Position numbers and translations under genes: made by a program. The notes under the pieces are model-generated. The model made no database searches, was not told the origin of the DNA, and saw nothing but the letters and a program-made list of their open reading frames with translations. From a virus: a stretch of 64,000 nt of DNA. This document shows, piece by piece, positions 23,330-32,900 of this stretch. The stretch's first letter is position 1. Each line of letters starts with the position of its first letter. The stretch is from IMG/VR virus record IMGVR_UViG_3300035703_000062, positions 1 to 64,000 of that record, one strand, 5' to 3'.

Positions 23330-24526
23330 ATGAGCACCACATCTTGTCGGTACGACGTTTCTCCTATTGAGAAATATGAAATGACGCCTGAAGGTTATCT
23401 TCGGGTGTGGGCTTCAATTGCTCGTACTGGCATTCAGCATTACACCGATGCTGACGGTTCAATCAGGAAGGAATTCCGTCCTGAAACTGAAGTGGCGTCT
23501 CCAGAAAGCCTTGCCTCATTTGCGGGGAAGGCAATCACGATGGAACATCCTCCTGTTCTTTTGGACAGTGAGAACACCAAGGATTACCAAATCGGTTTCA
23601 CTGGCTCAGAAATTGTTTATGACAATGGCTTTGTTAAAGCCGTCATGACCGTGACTGACCGCGAAACCATTGATAAGGTGATGCGCGGCGATGTTCGTGA
23701 AGTGAGCGCTGGCTATAGGGTCAATTATGATCCGACGCCTGGCGTTACCGATAGCGGTGAGCATTACGACGGCATCCAAAAGGAGATCAGTGGTAATCAC
23801 GTCGCTATCGTTCGTCGAGGCCGAGCTGGCCCGCAGGTGAGGTTGCATTTGGATCGTCTAGATGCCGCTGATCCATCTCTAATTTCCACAGAGGAAAACC
23901 AAACCATGAGCGCAAAAGTCAATTTTGACGGCGCTGAGTTTGAGGTGAGCGAGAGCGTTGCTCTGGCGATCACCAAAGAACGAGAAGACGCCAAGATGTC
24001 CTACGAGGACATGAAGAAGAAGTACGACGAGCTGCAGGCCGCTGCTGATTCCATGAAGTCCGAAATGGACGCCATGGCTGAGGAAATGAAGGGCAAAATG
24101 GATTCCGCCGAAGGGCGGGCCGATGCTCTGGCCGAGCAGGTTGACTCCCTGAAGGCTGAACTGGAAGAAGCCAAGCAAATCAACGTTGATTCCATCGTTG
24201 AAGATCGTCTGGCTCTGATTTCCAAGGCCAAGCCTGTGCTGGATTCTGCTTATGAATTCAGCGGCAAGAGCGCCCGCGAGGTGATGGTGGATGCCATCAA
24301 GGCAGTTCGCGGTGATTCTGTTGCTCTGGACGAGCGTTCCGACGATTACGTTCAAGCAATGTTCGACACCATCTCTGAAGACGCTGCCGGTCGCGCTGAT
24401 TCCACCGAGGATCTGCGTAAGGCCGTGGCTTCCATTGCCACCCCTGCTTCCGCACCTTCTTCCTACATGGAGAAGCTGCAGAATGCCTGGAAGTCCCCTC
24501 TCTCCATTTCTAAGGAGGCTAAGTAA
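23330..24526 (+). CDS. prohead protease/scaffold (DUF2213)
   Basis: TPEGYL, ARTG...Y, T.EHP, EVSAGY, NHVAIV..GRAGP; coiled-coil C-terminal half. Confidence 0.92.
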   Translation: MSTTSCRYDVSPIEKYEMTPEGYLRVWASIARTGIQHYTDADGSIRKEFRPETEVASPESLASFAGKAITMEHPPVLLDSENTKDYQIGFTGSEIVYDNGFVKAVMTVTDRETIDKVMRGDVREVSAGYRVNYDPTPGVTDSGEHYDGIQKEISGNHVAIVRRGRAGPQVRLHLDRLDAADPSLISTEENQTMSAKVNFDGAEFEVSESVALAITKEREDAKMSYEDMKKKYDELQAAADSMKSEMDAMAEEMKGKMDSAEGRADALAEQVDSLKAELEEAKQINVDSIVEDRLALISKAKPVLDSAYEFSGKSAREVMVDAIKAVRGDSVALDERSDDYVQAMFDTISEDAAGRADSTEDLRKAVASIATPASAPSSYMEKLQNAWKSPLSISKEAK

Positions 24527-24529
24527 TCC

Positions 24530-25102
24530 ATGGCCGTAACTTTTACCACCACTGTCACTGGCGTTGCCGGCGGCGTGCAGTCCAGCTACGAGCTGGAACT
24601 GACTGCTGCTCTGGAAGGTCAGTTTGCTGACATTGCCGACAATAATGTCGCCACTTTCGTGAATGAAACTGGCGCTGGCGTTGCTTTTGGTGATCTGCTG
24701 GTTGTTAACACCGCAGGCACCGTGGGCAATTCTGCCAAGACTATCGCTGCTACTGGCGACACCGTGGTGGGCGTTAACGCTCTCACCTACATCGAAGAGA
24801 AGGCCACCGACGCTAATGGTCGCCCCGCTGCTTCTGATAAGCAGGCTCTGAATGTTGTGAATCAAGGCGTGGTTGCCGTTTACGTGACTGGCGCTGTTGA
24901 TCTCACTTCCCCTGTGCGCGTGTACTACGCCACTCACACTGGCACCACTGCTGGCGCACATCCTGGCCGTTTCTCGCATGCATTTGTGAGCGGCAAAACC
25001 CGCCGTCTGAGCAGCGCCCGCTGGGTGTCGAAGACAACTGGCGCTGGCATCGCCCTGCTGGAGCTGAATGGCCCCAGCTTCACCCTTGACGCTGATTCCT
25101 GA
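24530..25102 (+). CDS. capsid decoration/cement protein
   Basis: position between protease and MCP; small-residue beta-rich. Confidence 0.75.
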   Translation: MAVTFTTTVTGVAGGVQSSYELELTAALEGQFADIADNNVATFVNETGAGVAFGDLLVVNTAGTVGNSAKTIAATGDTVVGVNALTYIEEKATDANGRPAASDKQALNVVNQGVVAVYVTGAVDLTSPVRVYYATHTGTTAGAHPGRFSHAFVSGKTRRLSSARWVSKTTGAGIALLELNGPSFTLDADS

Positions 25103-25113
25103 TAGGAGGCACC

Positions 25114-26028
25114 ATGAGCGAATTTCGTATGGATGAAGCGGGTCTGTTTCTTGAGCGCCAGCTTGAGTACATCCGCCCTCAAGTATTTGAAGTCGAATAT
25201 GCCGACATCAAATACCCCACAATCCTGCCTGTAACCAGCGAAGCTGGTCCTGGCGCACAAACCTTCACCTATCGCATCATGGATGCGACTGGTGACTTCA
25301 AGCTCATCTCGGACGCTGCAGACGATCTGCCGCGTGCTGATGTGAGCCAAACCGAGAAGAGCCTCAACATCCGCTCCTTCGGTGGTTCCTTCGGTTACAC
25401 CGTCCAGGAACTGCGTGCCGCTCAAATGGCCAACGTGGCTCTTGAGCAGCGTCGTGCCGCCGCTGTGCGTCGCGCTTACGAAGAGAAAGTGGAGCAAGTT
25501 GCTCTGTTCGGTGAGGCTTCGGTGAGCCTGGCTGGTTTCTTCAACAACGCAACTGTTGACGTGCTGGCTGCTGATAAGTGGTTCACTGGCGCTACCGCCA
25601 CTGGCACCACTGCACAGGACATGCTGGAGCTGCTGAACCAGGGTGTTACTGCCATCATCAATGGCTCCAACATGAAGGAGCAGCCCGACACCATCCTGAT
25701 GGCTTGGGAAGATTACAACGTGGTTTCCACCACTCGTAACTCTGACTCTTCGGATGTGACTGTGCTGGAGTACTTCCTGCGCACCAACCCCTTCATCCGT
25801 AACGTTGAACCCATCAATCAGCTCGATGCCGACAAGAGCGAGCTGAGCAAGAACCGGATGGTCATCTACAAGCGTGATCCCGGCAAGGTGCAACTGCACA
25901 TTCCTCAACCCCTGGAACTCTTCCCGCCCCAACAGCGCGGTCTTGAGTTCATCGTTCCCGCCCATGCTCGCGTGGGTGGTGTCGCTCTGTACTATCCGAA
26001 GAGCGTCATCTACGTTCAGGCTCCCTGA
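25114..26028 (+). CDS. major capsid protein (DUF2184, encapsulin-like HK97 fold)
   Basis: FL.RQLEYI, ADDLPR.D, EL.AA, GGV...YP motifs; GGAGG RBS; strong codon bias. Confidence 0.92.
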   Translation: MSEFRMDEAGLFLERQLEYIRPQVFEVEYADIKYPTILPVTSEAGPGAQTFTYRIMDATGDFKLISDAADDLPRADVSQTEKSLNIRSFGGSFGYTVQELRAAQMANVALEQRRAAAVRRAYEEKVEQVALFGEASVSLAGFFNNATVDVLAADKWFTGATATGTTAQDMLELLNQGVTAIINGSNMKEQPDTILMAWEDYNVVSTTRNSDSSDVTVLEYFLRTNPFIRNVEPINQLDADKSELSKNRMVIYKRDPGKVQLHIPQPLELFPPQQRGLEFIVPAHARVGGVALYYPKSVIYVQAP

Positions 26029-26096
26029 GGAAGCCCCTAGGTAGTTCATCAAGAAAAGGGTGGTTAAGCTAATTTGCAGTTCTTTTTGAACACACA

Positions 26097-26483
26097 ATGC
26101 TTATTGCTTACCGCCCTGAACTTGAGAATCCGCCGCGAGAGGCCAGTTTCGGAGTGATTACAAAGCGAGGCATGATTAGCCTCGCTCCCGGTCTTAATCA
26201 GGAAATTCCTGATGAACAATGGGAAGAAGCAAAACTGAACCCAACGGTGCAGGGTCTTCTTCGTATTGGGGCCATTGAGGAAATGAAAGAGAGGGTGGAG
26301 ATTGAGACCATTCCCAAATCCGCCGAAAATCTTTCACAACTTCCTCTTAGTCAGGCCATCCAGGCCATCGAACTTCTCCACGATGAGGACAAACTCGGGG
26401 ATTGGAAGAAGATTGAAGGTCGCGTGAGGGTGCGCAACGCGATTAACCGTCGCCTTGAAGCTATTCGCACAGGAAAGGCATGA
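26097..26483 (+). CDS. hypothetical head-associated protein
   Basis: follows MCP; L.PG.N motif. Confidence 0.7.
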   Translation: MLIAYRPELENPPREASFGVITKRGMISLAPGLNQEIPDEQWEEAKLNPTVQGLLRIGAIEEMKERVEIETIPKSAENLSQLPLSQAIQAIELLHDEDKLGDWKKIEGRVRVRNAINRRLEAIRTGKA

Positions 26484-26791
26484 CAGTCACTTACTCTGGT
26501 TTCCTTGAGCGTTTTCCTGAGTTCAGTCCCCATCCATCGGGAATTGTGAACGGCGCCATTGAAAGCGCTTCTGCAGACGTATCGTCCGACATCTTTGGTG
26601 ATCAGACTGACCGAGCTGTACGTTTTCTAGCTGCTCACATTATTTCCATCCAGCTTGCTCAAATGGGCGTTCAAATTGGCGCTACAGACGGCAAGGTGTA
26701 TGGCAAGGGACTAGAAGCCACATTGTATGGCCAGGAGTTCAAGCGTCTCACTGAAGCGGCATCATCTTCTCTGCTTGGTTTTGTTGTCTGA
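26480..26791 (+). CDS. head-tail adaptor (DUF4054-like)
   Basis: F..RFPEF...L.AH...T.YGQEF motif. Confidence 0.8.
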   Translation: MTVTYSGFLERFPEFSPHPSGIVNGAIESASADVSSDIFGDQTDRAVRFLAAHIISIQLAQMGVQIGATDGKVYGKGLEATLYGQEFKRLTEAASSSLLGFVV

Positions 26792-27180
26792 TGACTAATC
26801 CTGCCCCGCCACTAGCTAATGCCACCCTGGTATTTGCAGTGGCGAGCGGATATGCAACAGATTCGGCCACTGGTAATTACGTGGAACTCACAGGAGACGC
26901 TACGTACTACGCCACATTGAAGCAGAGCAGGGATCCTCGGTATGATCAGCGGCTTGGGGCTGATGAAACTGCCGTCTATATGAAAGGCAGATTAGTTGGC
27001 CCGTTAGCTTTTTCGGGAGTGCCCCCTGGAAGTGTGGCAGCAGCCACCATTGAAAATCAGGAGGGGCGTTTTGAACTACTCCCTACGACCGAAATGACTG
27101 ACCACTACCGTCAGTTTTTGGGCACCCCTATCCACGGCTACTTTAGAGTTGTGGGAGCAGGAAGTGTCCTTAATCGTTAA
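26791..27180 (+). CDS. putative head-closure protein
   Basis: synteny only. Confidence 0.55.
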   Translation: MTNPAPPLANATLVFAVASGYATDSATGNYVELTGDATYYATLKQSRDPRYDQRLGADETAVYMKGRLVGPLAFSGVPPGSVAAATIENQEGRFELLPTTEMTDHYRQFLGTPIHGYFRVVGAGSVLNR

Positions 27181-27203
27181 TCACGCTCCTTCGCATTGTT
27201 TCA

Positions 27204-27782
27204 ATGGCCATTCAACATCCCACTCAGATCATCAAGAGTCAGGACACCATCGTGTATGTGGGTGCCCTGTCTGGCGCCACTCGTCCTGTGATCACCCCGG
27301 CTTCTGCCGGCGTCCTGTCCCGCCCCACTTCTGGCGTTCCCGCCAATATGTATTTCCTGGGCGGCGTGACCAATGCCACCGTTTCGTTTAACGATGGCGA
27401 ACAAGAATACTACCTGCTTGGTGGTGGCGGTTTCGCTGATAGCGTGAAAGTTACTCAGCGTTGCCAGGCTTCCATCACTTCTTACTTCCAGAAAGATCTG
27501 GATGGTAGCTCCATCGACAACACTGCTTTCGATGAAGCCATGGATGTGATCCTGCGTGGTCGCACCGAGAAGGACTTTGAAATCTACGTGGAGATCTTCA
27601 AGTTTCTGGGCGGTCAGACTTATGACCTCACCTGCTTTGCCGGCACTGTGATGAACTACAACGAGAGCTATCCCGCAGATAACCTCGTTGAGACCACCTT
27701 TGATCTGATGAGCCGCAGCACTTATGGTGCTGGTCGTTGCACCATCTCCGGCGCAATCCTGCCCACCGCTCCTAACTCCTGA
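27204..27782 (+). CDS. major tail tube protein
   Basis: synteny, strong codon bias, terminator downstream. Confidence 0.75.
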   Translation: MAIQHPTQIIKSQDTIVYVGALSGATRPVITPASAGVLSRPTSGVPANMYFLGGVTNATVSFNDGEQEYYLLGGGGFADSVKVTQRCQASITSYFQKDLDGSSIDNTAFDEAMDVILRGRTEKDFEIYVEIFKFLGGQTYDLTCFAGTVMNYNESYPADNLVETTFDLMSRSTYGAGRCTISGAILPTAPNS

Positions 27783-27807
27783 TCCTTTCCATAGAGAAAG
27801 TCCCGCA

Positions 27808-27830
27808 AGCCCCCGAAAGGGGGCTATTTT
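27808..27830 (+). terminator. intrinsic terminator
   Basis: AGCCCCC-GAAA-GGGGGCT-ATTTT. Confidence 0.8.
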
Positions 27831-27836
27831 ATTGAT

Positions 27837-28247
27837 ATGAACATCCTGCAAGTTAGGGATACAGTTTCGCAGTTACTGGCAGATTTGTTGGGCAGTTATA
27901 CACTGCCCAACGGCACGACAGTGCCAGCACTATGGGTGGATGGCAGGAGCGGCGTGCCGAAGGGGTGGAAGGTGCGTGGTATGGAAGCATCCATCAAGCA
28001 GTATCCAACGCGCCGTAGCCGGCCCCTGATGGGCATGGTGGAGATGCGGAAGGCATGGGAAGTTGTGCTTTCACAATACGATCCGTCGAGCGAAGACATG
28101 GATGACGCTGTTGATCGCATATTGAGACATTTCCCTGACGCTACATTGCAGGGATTTCCGTCAAGCGATAGAGAGTATCAATACGCTCGCTTTATTATTC
28201 CTGACATTGAAATTGCCACGCAGTACCGTCCGGTAGCAAACGAATAG
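27837..28247 (+). CDS. putative tail terminator
   Basis: synteny and size. Confidence 0.55.
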   Translation: MNILQVRDTVSQLLADLLGSYTLPNGTTVPALWVDGRSGVPKGWKVRGMEASIKQYPTRRSRPLMGMVEMRKAWEVVLSQYDPSSEDMDDAVDRILRHFPDATLQGFPSSDREYQYARFIIPDIEIATQYRPVANE

Positions 28248-28255
28248 AGGGCGCC

Positions 28256-28708
28256 ATGGCTGGTATTGCAAGGATTGTTGGCACTAAAGCATTAGAGCGG
28301 GCGCTTTTAAGCGCCTTCCAGCAATGGACAGAGGATGACGTGAATGGGGAGTATTGGAGGGAACGATTTGAAGAAAAGTATCCTTATGCTGATCGGATTA
28401 CGGACAGAAAAGAAAAACCGCCGGCCGGAAATCCTCGCGACATCCTTGACACGGAAGAACTGTATGAGAGCGGAGTGAGATCTTACGATTATTCCGAAAA
28501 TAATACTGGCGCTCGCGCTGATTGGCATTGGGATGCGAAAAACAGCAGTGGCCAAGAATATGCTTGGTATGTTCATGAAGCAGAAGAAGGCCCAAGCCGT
28601 GGCTATCCTCGTCGATGGACAGACGAACTCGCGTCAGAGTATTTGTTTGAAGGCAGCGAGATCAAAGGTAGACTAATGGCCCGCATCGATCAAAGTCTTA
28701 ATGGTTGA
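28256..28708 (+). CDS. putative tail completion protein
   Basis: PRDILDT..L..S and YA.YVHE motifs of HK97 gp10-like proteins. Confidence 0.65.
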   Translation: MAGIARIVGTKALERALLSAFQQWTEDDVNGEYWRERFEEKYPYADRITDRKEKPPAGNPRDILDTEELYESGVRSYDYSENNTGARADWHWDAKNSSGQEYAWYVHEAEEGPSRGYPRRWTDELASEYLFEGSEIKGRLMARIDQSLNG

Positions 28709-28967
28709 CGGCCCCATTGACTATCTGCAGAGCGACTCTGGAGAGGTGCATGTTATTAATGCCCAAGTGGATGGCCCCACTCTTGAGGCCGGCATTCTCT
28801 GCGTTATTTCTTTTTCCGAAACCACCATTAGAATCTCAAACGAGCAACATTCGTTTCTGATTGAACTGCCGGAAGACGTGCGAACAAAAGGCGAACGTCT
28901 TAAAGCGTTTAATGTGCCATTGGCAATTCTGAGTTATGAGCAAGTACAGCTTCCTACTGGCATCTGA
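28701..28967 (+). CDS. hypothetical protein
   Basis: ORF overlapping both neighbours. Confidence 0.6.
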   Translation: MVDGPIDYLQSDSGEVHVINAQVDGPTLEAGILCVISFSETTIRISNEQHSFLIELPEDVRTKGERLKAFNVPLAILSYEQVQLPTGI

Positions 28968-29481
28968 AGAAGTCAGTTACTTTGAACTCACTCCGACGCT
29001 GCGTTTGCAGCGTCATGGTGGCTGGCTCGTTGCTGAAAGCATTGAGCAGGAGGAGATTTCCAAGTCTCAAAGCCAGAGCACTATTAAGGCAGTGCAACTT
29101 GCAAAGAAAATTGCAGCGGCCAAGGATATTCCCCTGGATGAAGCCTTTGAAATGCTTCAGGGTGGTGGCGGCTTCTCTGAGGCTGAGCTTCTGTCGGAAT
29201 ACACCGAAGAAACTCTTTCCATGGTCACATCTGGCGGCTCTGCAGAGCTTGGCAATGCCAAGCTCATCACGGCATTTATGCGTTGCCGTGGTGAAGGCAA
29301 GATTGGCGAAAACTGGAAGCGCCTTGATGACTGGTCTATTGATGACACCAAGACCATGACTCGTGAGATGCAAACCAGGATGCTGGAATTTATTGCAGAA
29401 GAGCAAGATGCGGAGGTGAAAGCAGCACAAGCAAAAAAATCGAAGAGGAAGGCGAGGCAGGAAGCCTCGCCGAACGAGTAG
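28936..29481 (+). CDS. tail assembly chaperone (gpG-like)
   Basis: precedes tape measure; slippery site near 3' end. Confidence 0.8.
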   Translation: MSKYSFLLASEEVSYFELTPTLRLQRHGGWLVAESIEQEEISKSQSQSTIKAVQLAKKIAAAKDIPLDEAFEMLQGGGGFSEAELLSEYTEETLSMVTSGGSAELGNAKLITAFMRCRGEGKIGENWKRLDDWSIDDTKTMTREMQTRMLEFIAEEQDAEVKAAQAKKSKRKARQEASPNE

Positions 29482-29906
29482 AGAAGAAGGCGCGGGCGTT
29501 TCTGAAAGGACTCACTGACTGGAACGCCATTTTTTTCCGGCTTAATGCATCGTGCCTTAAGGATGATCGATGGGGGCCTGAAAATTTTTCTAAGCAAAAA
29601 GTGAAGGATGTGCTAGCCGCCCTCAAATTCCTAGAGCGGCACGATCACACACAATTCAATTTGCAGAGCGTTTCAGTGGCCAAGATGGCCACGATGGTTG
29701 CTCATGCATTAGGCGGAAAGAAGGTGTCGGTAACTGCCGACGACTTCTTGCCATTTGACACTCGTAAGCTCAAAAAAGAAACTGGCATTACAGAAGAAAG
29801 CGCTGCCGTACTGAAGCGTCTGATGAAGACGCGCAAGATGGACTCACGAGTGGTTTCCATGCTGGCAGAAGAGCTTAAAAACTCTTCAATGCGCAGTGAT
29901 GAGTAA
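28936..29906 (+). CDS. tail assembly chaperone -1 frameshift product (gpGT-like)
   Basis: GCA AAA AAA T at 29431-29440, hairpin GGCGAGGC/GCCTCGCC 29451-29471, -1 frame open into the 29601-29906 ORF. Confidence 0.8.
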
Positions 29907-29958
29907 TATGATGCGGCGTAAAGGCTACACTTAATAGAAGAATGCTGTAAGCGCAGTA

Positions 29959-32900
29959 ATGGCGGCGGAACTCCGGCTTGGCGTATCGTTTGATCTTGTA
30001 TATTTCCGCCAGCAGCTTCAAAAGCTTGGCCGAATTGCCGCGTCGGAATTTACTGCGCCTATCAAGATCAAGCTTGATCGGCAGGTTGTTGACCGAGAGC
30101 TGAATAATTTACAAAAGTCGATAAAAAGACGTAAATACAATATTGAGCTAAACATTGCCGGTAATTTAAGCAAAAAAAGCTTTGACGAGCTTCAAGAGCG
30201 TTTAGACACTCTTAGTCAGCGTAAAAAAATCGAGGTGCCTGTCAGCATTAAAAATGCTGCCACCGGCAAAGAAATCTCCGATGCTATTGCGGCGCTGCGA
30301 TCACGCATTACTCAAAATCAGTCGGTCAAGCAAGGCGGAGGGAAGCTGCGCATTGGTGTCAGCATTCAGGCATCCATTTCAAATGACGATATTGCAAAAT
30401 TTAAGAATGCAGTCAAAGAAAAATTTGCCGGGATAACCAATAAGGCTGATGTATCTATCGGTGTTAAAAATGCCGCTAGCGGGAAGGATGTCGCGGATAC
30501 CATCGCTGGGATTAGGAGCCGAATAAATCAGAATCAAGGAGTCAAGCAAGGTGGAGGCAAGCTCCGCGTTGGACTTAGTATCAAGCCTGCAATCACGAAT
30601 GCAGACATTGCTGGATTCAAGAGGACTGTAGAGGAGAAATTCTCGGGACTTAGCGTCAAAATCAAGGCAGACGTACAAGCCGGTTTTGCATCAGGACCGA
30701 CTGGCGCCGCTGGTTTGTATGAATACATGCGGAACGAAGGGCTTTCGGGGGGCAACGTGCCCGGAGCCGCACAGGCTGGTCGTCGCGCTCAATTTGAAGC
30801 TCGCGTAGCGCAAGCCAATACCGAGCAATTGCAGAGCATGTTGCGGCGAGCAGATGTTCCTGGCAGGAGCGGACTTCGCACGAAAGCTGCAATGCAGGAG
30901 CGTTTGCGGCAGTTAGATGATGCCGCGATGGAAGGCCTTCTCGGCAACCTTGAGATGAGAATGCGTGAGCCTAGGAAGGTCGAGCGCTCGTTTTTGGACA
31001 AGGTGGCACGAGCCGTCTTCTGGATGGCTGGTGTTGATCCCGAATATTTGCGTCAACAAGCAGCACAACGACGAGCGCTACCAAATGTTAGCTTTCCTGC
31101 GACTGTCCCACCTGGCCCTTCCATTGGCCCCTCTTCCACAGGAAGAGCACTGCCCCCTGGGGCGATCCCTGGCGCACTTCCTGGATCAGCATTTGCACGT
31201 CAGCGCTTTCTCCCTCCGCAGATAGGACAAGACCTCAACAATATCTTGCGCAATGCAGCGTTTGCGTTTGTTGACTCGCTGAATTCTCGCATTCGTCAAG
31301 TGAGCGTGAGGGAGGTCGGCAGGCAGGCTCTCCCCCCATCGATGATTCGCGGGCTATTGCCGGCAGGTGTAGGTAGAGAGCCTTCCATCTATGGTGGACC
31401 GGCAGAGACTGATCGCACATCCTTCTTGCAGCGTCGCATTGATGAAGCGTTGGCAAGATCGGCAGAACGCGGCGCCGCCATCATGGCCAACGAGCCCAGG
31501 AAAGGCGTGCTTGGTGCTGGCGGCAGTGGTACCGCTGGTCCTTACAGGCCCTTTGCTCAGCCTCCCAGGGGAGGGGCGATTGTCCCATATCAGCCCCAGC
31601 CATCTCGGCCTTCTGCCGCCTCGCCGATTGACTTTTCCTTCTTTCAGCAATCAAAGCTGCCATTAACTGGTGCCATTAGGGAGCTAGGCGATGAATTTGG
31701 TACTGCAGTTAAACAGGTTTTGCTATTTGGCACAGCTTACAAAGCATTAGCTTTTGTCACAAGTCTGCCCAGCGAAGCGTTAAATGCAGCGACAGCGCTT
31801 CAAACGTTTAGGAACCAGCTTGAAGCCGTTACAGGAGGAACCGCGCAGGCCGAGCAAGCGTTTGCTTTTGTTAGCGATGTTGTATCGCAACTAAATATCC
31901 CTCTGGAAAGCGCACGCGCCGGTTTTATTCGGATGTATGCCTCGATGGAGCCAGCAGGGATCGCAAAGGGTGACATTGAAAATCTGTTTGTGGGCATCTC
32001 CAAGGCTGCTGCCACCTTTGGCATGAGCACCGACGAGGTGAATCGCGTGACGAATGCCTTTGCTCAAATGGCAAGCAAGGGGCAATTGTCGGCAGAAGAG
32101 GTGAAGAACCAGCTTGGCGACGTGATGCCTGGCGCTTTGTCTTTGTTCGCAAGGGCCGCGCAGATGGACATCGGAACGTTCTTGAAGGCCATGGAAGATG
32201 GCGCATTCAAGGCGGATGCGATGGGGCAGGTGCTTCGCAACGTAGGTAAGTTACTGAACACCGAATACGGGGGCGCTGCTACCAACGCTGCCAACACATT
32301 GCAGGGGGCACTGAATGGCCTGACAACGGCGGTGAAGCTGATGTACGAAAGCTTTGAGCCGCTTGTCAGTGTTGTCGCTTCCACTCTTTTCCCTCAAATT
32401 GAAACGGTTGTTATCGATGCGGCGGAAGCGGTAAAGGCTTTTGCTGCCGGAATGCAAGGAGCGGCTAATCCGACGGCAGAGCTTAGCTCTAATGGCCTTG
32501 CCATGTACAATGCACTGGGGCAGGTTGTTGAAATTGCGAAATCTTTAGAAGGCATTATCACTGGAGAACTGGGCACTGCGCTAGTAAGACTTGGCGGGCT
32601 GTTTTTAACAGTAACTGAATATATTGCCCGCTTGTTTAATACTGGCCTTGGTCAATGGTTGACGCGAATTGCCATTGAAGTGGGCTTGCTAACAGCGGCG
32701 TGGGGCTTGCTTAGCGCATCTGGAATTATTCCTGCAACAGTGGCGTTGCTGCGTTTTGTTGCGACTCTGAACATCGCGCAACTTCGCGTGTACATTGCAG
32801 GCATCATGTCAATGGTGAGTGCATTCCTTAGCCTGATCAATACAACAAACCTTGCAAAGGTTGCAGTGCTTGGCTTTAAGACTGTTGTATTAGGGGCGGT

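Noticed and set aside
23879-26097. Long minus-strand ORFs (366 and 387 aa)
   Set aside because: Antisense shadows of strongly codon-biased capsid genes; no motifs. The same applies to 42068-43303 and 47609-48442.
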